A DNA stretch of 27,894 bases, taken from positions 1 to 27,894 of the IMG/VR virus record IMGVR_UViG_3300002098_000124; one strand, given 5' to 3'. Shown here piece by piece: positions 18,687-26,306 of the stretch. Position 1 is the stretch's first letter. Each line of letters begins with the position of its first letter. A program made the translations under genes and the position numbers. The notes under the pieces were generated by a model that ran no database searches, had not been told where the DNA came from, and saw nothing but the letters and a program-made list of their open reading frames with translations. This stretch comes from a virus. Taxonomy: Duplodnaviria; Caudoviricetes.

Positions 18687-18835
18687 TCTATCTCTTTAAT
18701 TGTTTTATAAACTTGTAAAGATACCCGTAAAACATAGGCAATATCATTAGGACTTAACTGCCCCATTAGTTGTAGTATTTTTATTACTGCAACATCGTTG
18801 TCCAAAGATTGTGGTTTAATTAAAGTTTCAATCAT
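18683..18835 (-). CDS. 50-aa hypothetical protein (not in ORF track)
   Basis: Hand translation MIETLIKPQSLDNDVAVIKILQLMGQLSPNDIAYVLRVSLQVYKTIKEIE*. Fills the gap, with an ATGA overlap into the GT2 gene. Confidence 0.7.
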   Translation of the reverse strand: MIETLIKPQSLDNDVAVIKILQLMGQLSPNDIAYVLRVSLQVYKTIKEIE

Positions 18836-18840
18836 TATCT

Positions 18841-19011
18841 TTACCCGCAAGTCTTTATCCAGTTATCTCCCGACTTTTGCATTACACAGCCGTCTACCAT
18901 TTGATTCTGTTTATATGGTTCTACCGTTACTTTTTGGCAGTTGTTGCTACGCATACTAAACGCTAGAATCAAAGCAATAAAAAGTATTCCAAGTCCAAGG
19001 TTCTTATACAT
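18841..19011 (-). CDS. 56-aa membrane-anchored protein
   Basis: MYKNLGLGILFIALILAFSM hydrophobic N-terminus, then 3 Cys. The start overlaps the stop of the upstream ORF. Confidence 0.65.
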   Translation of the reverse strand: MYKNLGLGILFIALILAFSMRSNNCQKVTVEPYKQNQMVDGCVMQKSGDNWIKTCG

Positions 19012-19165
19012 TTTTAATTTCCCGCTCTTTAACCATAGCATCTGCTATCTCATAAGCACGGCGAACCGCAATTTCATCCCATGTTTTATTAGCCAAGTCA
19101 AACTTCCAATCAGCCGCAATAATGCCAGCCATAATTGATTTAGCAAACTCATCTCTCAGTTCCAT
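19004..19165 (-). CDS. 53-aa phage protein of the LRDxFA...AYxxADAM type (not in ORF track)
   Basis: Hand translation MELRDEFAKSIMAGIIAADWKFDLANKTWDEIAVRRAYEIADAMVKEREIKNV*. AGGAG RBS. Confidence 0.8.
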   Translation of the reverse strand: MELRDEFAKSIMAGIIAADWKFDLANKTWDEIAVRRAYEIADAMVKEREIKNV

Positions 19166-19898
19166 ACCACTCCTTTGGTAGTTCTAATACAGGTTTATCG
19201 GTTACATTCGGTGCGTCTAATGGGTGTGGCAAATCCTCTACAAATCCAAACGCCTCACTCCTATCTTTGCGCAATAAGGTTAACTCAAATACCCGTGGCA
19301 AAATAAAACCATTAGCATCTACTGACCCACAATTATTATTAGGGTGGTTGTGTACCACATGGAATTCTTGCGTTAACTTGGCAAAAAATGTGGATACGGT
19401 ATTCCAAGCAATAGGGTTAAACCAAGCATCGGTATCATGCACTTCCACACAGATAATTCTAAAGCGCCGCAGTATTTCAATTGGAGTACCTATTAAGGTT
19501 GCATATTCGCCGCCCTCAATATCCATTTGTAAGATACAATCGCCATTCCACCAATACATATCTCCAGTTTTTTGATCAACATTAGTCCAAGTGTCTAAGG
19601 TTATGTTTGTTTCATCGTCGTACCCGTCTAAATACTTTTTGGTAAACGATAACGGGGTAAATCCTTTAGGGGCGCTATCTACTGAACCATCTGCAAGGTG
19701 TGAACCAATACCGCGTTTACACAAAGCTATCTCAAAGCTAGCCGTATCAGCAACACCGGGCGAATAGCAGGCCACTATGCCCTCTAAGTCGTTAGGTATT
19801 AAATACCCACCATCGTTAGCCCCGCCTATCCGTATAAGCTCAAACTTGGTTTTTACTGGGCGTAACGCTTTTACTAATTCTTTTAGTTGATCAATCAT
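19149..19898 (-). CDS. FkbM-like SAM-dependent methyltransferase
   Basis: RIGGANDGGY, YSPGV...SFE, LQMDIEGGEY, ICVEVH and VHNHPNN motifs. Confidence 0.8.
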   Translation of the reverse strand: MIDQLKELVKALRPVKTKFELIRIGGANDGGYLIPNDLEGIVACYSPGVADTASFEIALCKRGIGSHLADGSVDSAPKGFTPLSFTKKYLDGYDDETNITLDTWTNVDQKTGDMYWWNGDCILQMDIEGGEYATLIGTPIEILRRFRIICVEVHDTDAWFNPIAWNTVSTFFAKLTQEFHVVHNHPNNNCGSVDANGFILPRVFELTLLRKDRSEAFGFVEDLPHPLDAPNVTDKPVLELPKEWYGTER

Positions 19899-20764
19899 AT
19901 TCTTCTCACGTTATCGCACGATTTACAAATACTGCATTTGTTAAACTCAGGTTTCTCGTTCATAGCAATCAAATCGAGTAAGGGTTTACCCTTAAATATT
20001 TCGTCATAGGTTTGAGTTAATAGGTTTCCTATAACGTGCTTCAAGTTGTAATCCATACAACAAAGAACTACATCCCCATTCGGTAGTAAAACATTGCGAT
20101 CATAGAATGGCGTAGATGCGCAGGTTAAAGCAAACTGGTGGCGTGGAGTAACGCTTAATGCCTGATCGCCTACCTGTTCTACATTTAAACTATCCGCCCG
20201 TGTATGGCCTTTCCAACCGGGTAAGTTGCCAATCATATCTTGAAGATCAGCATGAACCTTACCTGAACCATCCATAGTCATGGCACCAAAGCCACAAGGC
20301 AATTCAAGCTGGGTCATTATCTTTAATGACTCTATCCATTCCTCTGAATACTTCCAGCCTTTCATATTGCCGTTGGAATCTGGCAAGTGAAACATAATTA
20401 CTTCAATCTGCTTGGGGTGGTCTTCTAATACCTTCTTAACTCTGCGGGCATCCTCGTTTGTCATGCCGTACAAGGTTGTGTAGATTGCTATGTTAAAGCC
20501 CATGTACAAAACTTCTTCCAGCATATCGGTACACTTCGGGTTAGCCCAAGGCTCTGACATACCTGAAAAATCTATACGGGTATTCTTTGGTAGCTGGGCT
20601 AAAACATGGGTTAAATCTACTGGTTGCAGATACTTAGTTTTATCCCCATAGTTATCCCGCAAGTTCTCCTGCGGGCAAAACGAGCACATAAGCGGACAAC
20701 CTACCATAGTAGTTAACTCCATTACTGGCGAGTGTGGGTGCTGTATGCCGTACTTAGATTTCAT
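19895..20764 (-). CDS. Radical SAM protein with C-terminal SPASM/twitch domain
   Basis: CPLMCSFC (CxxxCxxC), FSGMSEP and C...LLPNGDVVLCCMD...IGNL...CSICKSC. Confidence 0.9.
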   Translation of the reverse strand: MKSKYGIQHPHSPVMELTTMVGCPLMCSFCPQENLRDNYGDKTKYLQPVDLTHVLAQLPKNTRIDFSGMSEPWANPKCTDMLEEVLYMGFNIAIYTTLYGMTNEDARRVKKVLEDHPKQIEVIMFHLPDSNGNMKGWKYSEEWIESLKIMTQLELPCGFGAMTMDGSGKVHADLQDMIGNLPGWKGHTRADSLNVEQVGDQALSVTPRHQFALTCASTPFYDRNVLLPNGDVVLCCMDYNLKHVIGNLLTQTYDEIFKGKPLLDLIAMNEKPEFNKCSICKSCDNVRRI

Positions 20765-20976
20765 TAGCAACGACCATCTATATCTAAATCTTTTACTAAT
20801 TCTTTTATTCGTTTGGGTTGTTGTTTTGTAAATGACTCTGACATATCTAGCGCTTTACTTAAAACAGATACAAACCCCTCACCTATTAGCCAGTCCTTAG
20901 CTTCCCTATCCAAATCAAGTTCACAAATAGCTGAACCGTCTTTTCTTTCTTTACGCATTTTTGCTATTATTTTCAT
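20764..20976 (-). CDS. Hypothetical protein
   Basis: 70 aa with TAATG/ATGA coupling on both sides. Confidence 0.7.
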   Translation of the reverse strand: MKIIAKMRKERKDGSAICELDLDREAKDWLIGEGFVSVLSKALDMSESFTKQQPKRIKELVKDLDIDGRC

Positions 20977-21251
20977 TTCAGAACCTTTCTCTTAATTTTT
21001 AAACCATTACGCAAATCAGTAGTGTGTAGCTTCTTAATTTTTTTCTTTATTTCACCAGCTTTCTTAGCAATCTTGGCGGCTTTTTTACGGTCAACAAACT
21101 GATCTTTCTCAGTAACAAACCCCTCTTTAACTTTCTTTTTCTTAACGTGTTCTTTAGCTTCTACTTCGGTATGTGACCATGCAACAGATGGGGCTTCAAT
21201 AACCTCTCCTGTTTTTTTATTCTTTAATGCGGGTAATTTTATTTTCGTCAT
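20973..21251 (-). CDS. Lys-rich hypothetical phage protein
   Basis: 92 aa with EGFVTEKDQFVDRKKAAKIA. AAGGAG RBS and ATGA overlaps. Confidence 0.75.
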   Translation of the reverse strand: MTKIKLPALKNKKTGEVIEAPSVAWSHTEVEAKEHVKKKKVKEGFVTEKDQFVDRKKAAKIAKKAGEIKKKIKKLHTTDLRNGLKIKRKVLK

Positions 21252-22099
21252 ACAATGCTCCTTATAAATTCAATTGCATCATCTAAATATGGTTCTTCTA
21301 CTAACAAAGGTTGTTCATACATTTCTTTATACAATTCTAGATTTTCGTCTAGGCTTATAATCTTTCTTCTCAATTCATAAGTGCTTAGTTCAAACTGATA
21401 ATTTAAAAATGCGCTGTGATTAAAATCTCTATCCACAGAAAGATCACCACTATAAATTGGCACAGTTAGTCCAGCGTACGCATCAATTAACTTTTCTGTT
21501 ACGTATCCGTCATACACAGAATTCTCGGGGCATAGGCAGAACTTATACTCAGGAAGTACAGCAAACTTAGACTTGCGTAGTGAATTACCAAACATCAGCC
21601 CATACCCATCTACTTGCTTGTACTGCGATACGGAATTAAACAAGTTAACTCGTAGTCCTTCGGGGTTGCCAGCGACCATAGCGCAGAACTTATCTTTGAT
21701 ACTCATGTCTAGCTTACGTGGTTGTGTCAAGCTTTTGATGTCAATTAACTGTTCGTACCCATGATTATGTGCATTGGGTTTTCTAGGTTTTTGTTCAAAC
21801 CCATCCCATGCAAGACGACTCCACCATAAAGGTAAACGGAAATTACGTCCACCATAAGTATCGTGGTCAAATGAAAGAGAATAGTCATACCCTAAATAAC
21901 TTGGGCGCACGTTCTCCCCGATATACATAATAGTTTTCTTAGGGTCTGTTTGTGTATGTCCAAAGACTGAACTAATAACTACATCGGCTTCATGTGGGCT
22001 AAGCACATACTCTATACCATCAAAAGCAGTGCGAAAAAAGAACTCAAAAAAGTCCCCATCAAATGCACCGTCCCAAAAATTAACGACGCATAATTTCAT
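21248..22099 (-). CDS. Glycosyltransferase family 10 (alpha-1,3/4-fucosyltransferase-like)
   Basis: GENVRP, KFCAMVAGNP and YKFCLCPENSVYDGYVTEKLIDAY...VPIYSG match the GT10 signature seen in Helicobacter FucT. Confidence 0.9.
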   Translation of the reverse strand: MKLCVVNFWDGAFDGDFFEFFFRTAFDGIEYVLSPHEADVVISSVFGHTQTDPKKTIMYIGENVRPSYLGYDYSLSFDHDTYGGRNFRLPLWWSRLAWDGFEQKPRKPNAHNHGYEQLIDIKSLTQPRKLDMSIKDKFCAMVAGNPEGLRVNLFNSVSQYKQVDGYGLMFGNSLRKSKFAVLPEYKFCLCPENSVYDGYVTEKLIDAYAGLTVPIYSGDLSVDRDFNHSAFLNYQFELSTYELRRKIISLDENLELYKEMYEQPLLVEEPYLDDAIEFIRSIV

Positions 22100-22245
22100 T
22101 GAATATCCTTATCCTTTAATAGATCAACTATGATCTTTTCTAGATCTTTTATTTTGCTTTGCTGTGTATTAATTTGTTCTCTTAACATTGCTTCTGTTTC
22201 TTCATAGTCAGCAAACCAACCAAAAAAAGGAATAGGTTCAGGCAT
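22096..22245 (-). CDS. 49-aa coiled-coil hypothetical protein (not in ORF track)
   Basis: MPEPIPFFGWFADYEETEAMLREQINTQQSKIKDLEKIIVDLLKDKDIQ*. ATGA overlap into the GT10 gene. Confidence 0.7.
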   Translation of the reverse strand: MPEPIPFFGWFADYEETEAMLREQINTQQSKIKDLEKIIVDLLKDKDIQ

Positions 22246-22247
22246 TG

Positions 22248-22337
22248 TTATTTACCCCAAAACATAAGTATAAGAATACAAATAACAATACTTGTAAAAA
22301 TAATTCCAATACTTACATACCAAACCATTTCTGTCAT
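22248..22337 (-). CDS. 29-aa single-pass membrane microprotein (not in ORF track)
   Basis: MTEMVWYVSIGIIFTSIVICILILMFWGK*. AGGGGG RBS. Fills the gap exactly. Confidence 0.6.
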   Translation of the reverse strand: MTEMVWYVSIGIIFTSIVICILILMFWGK

Positions 22338-22345
22338 ATTGCCCC

Positions 22346-22528
22346 CTACCTTTTAAAAAAGTCAAGAAAATCTTTTATTGTTAAACCACGTCTTCTTAAT
22401 TCGTTTCTTAATTTCCTAAGCGCTCTCTTTTCTATGTCTGCTATTGCGGCCCTTGATACTCCAAACGCATCAGCTACTTCTTGTTGCGTCATGTCTGCTT
22501 GTGGTGGTCTACTTTTCTTATCATGCAT
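22346..22528 (-). CDS. Stand-alone sigma70 region 4-like HTH protein
   Basis: MTQQEVADAFGVSRAAIADIEKRALRKLR matches the region 4.2 pattern. Confidence 0.8.
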   Translation of the reverse strand: MHDKKSRPPQADMTQQEVADAFGVSRAAIADIEKRALRKLRNELRRRGLTIKDFLDFFKR

Positions 22529-22685
22529 CTCGCTTTTCTTTCGCTACTTGCACTAACAATCTGACCTCCGCCGAAACATTTAAAGCTATATCAAACGCAC
22601 TATTAAACTTATTTTGAATCATTGCATCCTCGTAGTCTTTTAATAACTTCCTTGCTTCTAATAGAAAAGATGCGTAATCAACCAT
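22521..22685 (-). CDS. 54-aa hypothetical protein (not in ORF track)
   Basis: MVDYASFLLEARKLLKDYEDAMIQNKFNSAFDIALNVSAEVRLLVQVAKEKRDA*. TAATG overlap with the polymerase stop. Confidence 0.7.
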   Translation of the reverse strand: MVDYASFLLEARKLLKDYEDAMIQNKFNSAFDIALNVSAEVRLLVQVAKEKRDA

Positions 22686-24514
22686 TAACATTCTCCGTAA
22701 CTGTTTCCAAAACTTGCTTCACAATTCAGTGGTAAAGTCTTAGCCCACTCGGGTCTCCACCGCATACAATCCATTACATACTGAACCGCTTCTTCCTTAT
22801 CTTCTTCTCTAGCTATACATGCTACGGCATCATGTACTGTTAAAACTACCCTATATTTTTTAGCTATTTTTACCATTTGTTCTGCAATAATACAACGAGC
22901 AACCGCTTGGCACAAGTTCTCAACTACTTTACCGCCATACAGCTTTACCAGCCCCCGTCGGGTCTTATATTGGTACTGTGTGCCGCCTTCCGGTTCAATT
23001 ACTTTTTCCAATCCCTCGTACCTTTGCCATAGCCCACTAGGTAGGAGAAATCCTTTCTGCAAGGCATTAAATTCCAATACCCCCTCTAACCCAAAATTGG
23101 CGGCTTTTCCGGTAACAATCGCTTCTAAACACCTTCCGGCTCCTCCCCATAATGTAGGGATTTGAGCATAAGTCTTGCGATAGATGTCGATAATACGAGT
23201 GGCTTCCCCTTCCTCAATCTCCACACCAAATGTCTTGAGTTGTGCCCTGAATTTCTTGCTCCCCATGCCATAACCGCATCCGAGTATCGTCGTCTTACCA
23301 ACGAACCGTTCATGCGCCGTAACTTCTGCCGCATCCTTTTGGTAGATAGCCGAAGCCATGATCTTGTATACATCTTCACCCCTTTCAAATGCTTCTACCA
23401 GATCTTGCTGTCCAGATAGCCAAGCCACAGTTCTAGCCTCAATCTGAGATGAATCTGAATCAATGATTACCCAGCCAGTAGGCGGCTGAATTGCACGTTT
23501 TAGTTTCCCAGCATTCTGACCACGACTAGGTAAGTTTTGTAAGTTAATTTTGTCGTCGCCACCCCATCGCCCTGTGTGTGCCGCATAGTATTTAATGGGT
23601 ACAGGAAGTTTGCCACGTTTAGCTATGTCAATAAAGCGTTGAGTTCTTGTTTCTTCTAGCGTAGTTTTGTTGCCTAGCCGAGCCGCAACTAAAGCCTGAA
23701 CTCGTGGGTCAGGAAAAGAAGCCAGTTCTTTGAAGCCTTCATCAGTCTTAGCAAAAGCCCATGCGGTTCTTCCCGTGCGTAATGAAATTTTTGTAGGTGG
23801 GTCTACCCCTATACTTTGCAGTATTTCAGCAAACTTATCATTGGACATTAACGTATCTTTATCAGCTACGCATGCTTCTAATAACTTTTCTTTCTTATCT
23901 TTAGTTTCTTCTAAGTGTTGCTCTAATAAAGGTAAGTCAAGGTGTAGTACAGGGTCAATGAACATGCGTAAGGTAATGTCTATAACTTTAAGTTCTTTTT
24001 TAGGGAAACCTTTATCTATTAACGTATTAAATAAAGCCCAAGTCAGGTCTACGTCATTGACGCAGTATCTACCATACTTCTCCATCTCAAGGTCTGAAAA
24101 GTCTAAACGGCGGTAACCTAGCGCATCGTTTACTTCCGTGCCTTTTTCGCCTAGCTTATACCTTTCAACCAATACAGCCAAACTACCGCCAGCATCTACG
24201 CCATGAAGCGCACGAGCCATGCAAAGAGTATCAAGCCAACCTTTAGGCTTAATATTAAAATGCCACGAAAGAATTGCACCATCAAACTGAGTATTATGAG
24301 CAAGCACCAAACTATTAGCCCAATCAAATTGAGTAAACCATTTAGCAATTTCTTTTTGACTACCTGTAAACCACTCCGTAGCACTATCATTCTCCTTAAC
24401 TGCTACACCAATAACTTCAAATCTATCGTGCCGCACATACTCTTCAGTTGTAAACTTCTTTAGCCCATAGTCTTTGTCATAGTAAGTCTCAAAGTCTATT
24501 GTAATTATGTTCAT
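22685..24514 (-). CDS. polA: Phage DNA polymerase family A with 3'-5' exonuclease
   Basis: Exo I IDFET, Exo II AHNTQFD, Exo III YCVND. Motif A DSSQIEAR, motif B RFVGKTTILGCGYG, motif C TVHDA. Confidence 0.95.
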   Translation of the reverse strand: MNIITIDFETYYDKDYGLKKFTTEEYVRHDRFEVIGVAVKENDSATEWFTGSQKEIAKWFTQFDWANSLVLAHNTQFDGAILSWHFNIKPKGWLDTLCMARALHGVDAGGSLAVLVERYKLGEKGTEVNDALGYRRLDFSDLEMEKYGRYCVNDVDLTWALFNTLIDKGFPKKELKVIDITLRMFIDPVLHLDLPLLEQHLEETKDKKEKLLEACVADKDTLMSNDKFAEILQSIGVDPPTKISLRTGRTAWAFAKTDEGFKELASFPDPRVQALVAARLGNKTTLEETRTQRFIDIAKRGKLPVPIKYYAAHTGRWGGDDKINLQNLPSRGQNAGKLKRAIQPPTGWVIIDSDSSQIEARTVAWLSGQQDLVEAFERGEDVYKIMASAIYQKDAAEVTAHERFVGKTTILGCGYGMGSKKFRAQLKTFGVEIEEGEATRIIDIYRKTYAQIPTLWGGAGRCLEAIVTGKAANFGLEGVLEFNALQKGFLLPSGLWQRYEGLEKVIEPEGGTQYQYKTRRGLVKLYGGKVVENLCQAVARCIIAEQMVKIAKKYRVVLTVHDAVACIAREEDKEEAVQYVMDCMRWRPEWAKTLPLNCEASFGNSYGEC

Positions 24515-24810
24515 TTGTATTTTGCGCTTGAATAAGTAATGCTTGAGCCTTCGGCTCGTATAGTCGTTTTACCAAATGGGTCAAAAGGTTCTTCTTGTTT
24601 TTCATTCATTAAAGTTTTTAATACATCTTTATCAAACTGGGACATTATCACTTCTCTTAGTGCATTCTTCAATGCTTTATCTTCTTCGTCAGTAAAGTAG
24701 TCCTTATACCGATCAATGATTGCTGACCACTTATTATACTTTGCGCTATCCAAAAATTCTTCGGGATTAGTTTTAATCCGTTCTAATAAAATCTTTACAC
24801 CTGAGTGCAT
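24511..24810 (-). CDS. Hypothetical protein
   Basis: 99 aa. GGAGGGTG RBS. ATGA overlap with polA. Confidence 0.75.
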   Translation of the reverse strand: MHSGVKILLERIKTNPEEFLDSAKYNKWSAIIDRYKDYFTDEEDKALKNALREVIMSQFDKDVLKTLMNEKQEEPFDPFGKTTIRAEGSSITYSSAKYK

Positions 24811-25010
24811 ATCACCCTCCTATACTTGTGTGGTTTAATACCATTCGTATGTAATTCAATCTTGCCCTGTGTTTCTAGTTCTTTCAAATACTTCCATGTC
24901 ATCTTGTAACGTAACCCTACTACCCTAGCTATCTCTTTAATAGTTAAGGGGTTCCCGCGCAGGGCATACATCACTTGCGCCAAACGTACTTTATTCGATT
25001 CCCGACTCAT
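24795..25010 (-). CDS. Winged HTH DNA-binding protein
   Basis: PLTIKEIARVVGLRYKMTWKYLKELETQGKI pattern. Confidence 0.75.
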   Translation of the reverse strand: MSRESNKVRLAQVMYALRGNPLTIKEIARVVGLRYKMTWKYLKELETQGKIELHTNGIKPHKYRRVICTQV

Positions 25011-25278
25011 CGCATCGTTCTACTAAAGCGGCATACCCACAAATATCTATTAAGTTATCTCTATGTGTGGGGTCATTAGCAAACCTAGCAACTTTTACAA
25101 GCATCATCAATGCGGCAACATCCTTAGAATCTAAGTCAGCTATATCCTTTGGCATTGCTCCCAAGTAAGCCTTCCACATCACTGCAATCGTGCTTAAGTT
25201 TTTGCTTGGGTGTCCGTAAGTTTTTTCCCTATCGCCATAAATAATGTTATACGCATCTTCAAGAATGTTAGTGCTCAT
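24991..25278 (-). CDS. DUF6378-like all-alpha protein
   Basis: ILEDA..IIYGDREKTYGHP..N...IA..W...DVA.LM.LVKVAR....H.DN..DICGYAAL pattern. Confidence 0.8.
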   Translation of the reverse strand: MSTNILEDAYNIIYGDREKTYGHPSKNLSTIAVMWKAYLGAMPKDIADLDSKDVAALMMLVKVARFANDPTHRDNLIDICGYAALVERCDESGIE

Positions 25279-25498
25279 TATCTTCTTCCGGTTCTTTAAT
25301 AGTTCTGTCAAACATGTTCCCCAAATCTTTTAAATAGTCTTTGCGACTCATACCCAAAGACTTAGCTATCATCGTAGAAATAATAGACGTTGCATTTAAA
25401 GCATCTACCGTATTACATTCCGACTGACTAAAAAATTCATCAATCCCATCTACTAATTCTTTAACTTTGTTTTGGTGTTCCTTCATGTTCATCTCCAT
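25268..25498 (-). CDS. Hypothetical protein
   Basis: 76-aa ORF in operon orientation, overlapping both neighbours. Confidence 0.6.
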   Translation of the reverse strand: MEMNMKEHQNKVKELVDGIDEFFSQSECNTVDALNATSIISTMIAKSLGMSRKDYLKDLGNMFDRTIKEPEEDNEH

Positions 25499-25838
25499 CT
25501 CCTTTTATCAAATCAAATAGTGCTCCGGATTTAACTACCCCTTTACCTTCCGCTATTGTCATTAACATTAGCTTCAATGCGCCTATACCTGTCTCATCAA
25601 CTATAAAAGAATACCCACCATTGTTTATTATTTGCATGAGATTCTTTTCTTGTAGTGCTGTTACTTTACCGCCATTCGCTTTGCACTCAATACCAATGAA
25701 CTTTCCACGTATACACGCTACTAAATCAGGGATACCGGCAGAACCATAGCCACTAGCAACAGGGTAAAAGTGATAAGCACCCACTTCTTTTAGGATACTT
25801 ACCACTTTATTCTTAACCTTTTTCTCGGGTGTCGTCAT
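25461..25838 (-). CDS. VRR-NUC domain nuclease (putative resolvase)
   Basis: TPEKKVK, GIPDLV, IGIECKA and TALQ motifs. Confidence 0.88.
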   Translation of the reverse strand: MTTPEKKVKNKVVSILKEVGAYHFYPVASGYGSAGIPDLVACIRGKFIGIECKANGGKVTALQEKNLMQIINNGGYSFIVDETGIGALKLMLMTIAEGKGVVKSGALFDLIKGDGDEHEGTPKQS

Positions 25839-26154
25839 GGGTTATCTTTAATTTAGGTTTATATGGTTTAACAAATCCTTTGTAATGATTAGGTCTAACA
25901 GTTCTAGGCTCATCATAGAATTCACGTTGACCCATTACATAATCTATGTTTGTAAAAATAATACTGCCATCTTTTTGTTGAGCCGCAGTATCTACAAACG
26001 CACTAGGATTTTCAGCATGTAGCTGAGCCAATACTTTATCAATCTTATTGGTAGTTTCCTTTTCCGTAATGGCATTGTGTTTCTTGCGATTGTCACCATA
26101 CCAACCACTTGAGGCGGCACGTAATCTTGCTTGTTGGTCTTTATTTAATAACAT
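25813..26154 (-). CDS. Hypothetical protein
   Basis: Start MLLNKDQQ behind AAGGA. 113 aa. Confidence 0.65.
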   Translation of the reverse strand: MLLNKDQQARLRAASSGWYGDNRKKHNAITEKETTNKIDKVLAQLHAENPSAFVDTAAQQKDGSIIFTNIDYVMGQREFYDEPRTVRPNHYKGFVKPYKPKLKITHDDTREKG

Positions 26155-26162
26155 GTTATTCC

Positions 26163-26306
26163 TTAGCATCCAATAGGTTGAAATGGTCCATCTGTTGAAG
26201 TATCCCAACAACAAATACCACCTGTCGGGGACTTCTCGCATTTGGTTCCGGCATACACACCTACTGACATTGCTACTAACATCAATCCTATAAACATCTT
26301 TTTCAT
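26163..26306 (-). CDS. 47-aa secreted Cys-rich microprotein (not in ORF track)
   Basis: MKKMFIGLMLVAMSVGVYA|GTKCEKSPTGGICCWDTSTDGPFQPIGC*. Sec-type signal peptide, AGGAG RBS and ATGA overlap. Confidence 0.75.
   Translation of the reverse strand: MKKMFIGLMLVAMSVGVYAGTKCEKSPTGGICCWDTSTDGPFQPIGC

Noticed and set aside
23161-23340. Locally higher GC in polA as a recombination patch
   Set aside because: It coincides with Gly/Ala/Arg-rich conserved motifs and cannot be separated from amino-acid effects by eye.
9676-24514. Inteins or introns in polA, helicase or primase
   Set aside because: The ORFs are continuous and of ordinary length, with no splicing motifs seen.
19895-26306. Radical SAM/SPASM enzyme plus the Cys-rich peptide as a RiPP system
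   Set aside because: The peptide is over 5 kb away and has a Sec signal rather than a leader. The enzyme has no room for an N-terminal RRE and its neighbours are sugar enzymes.
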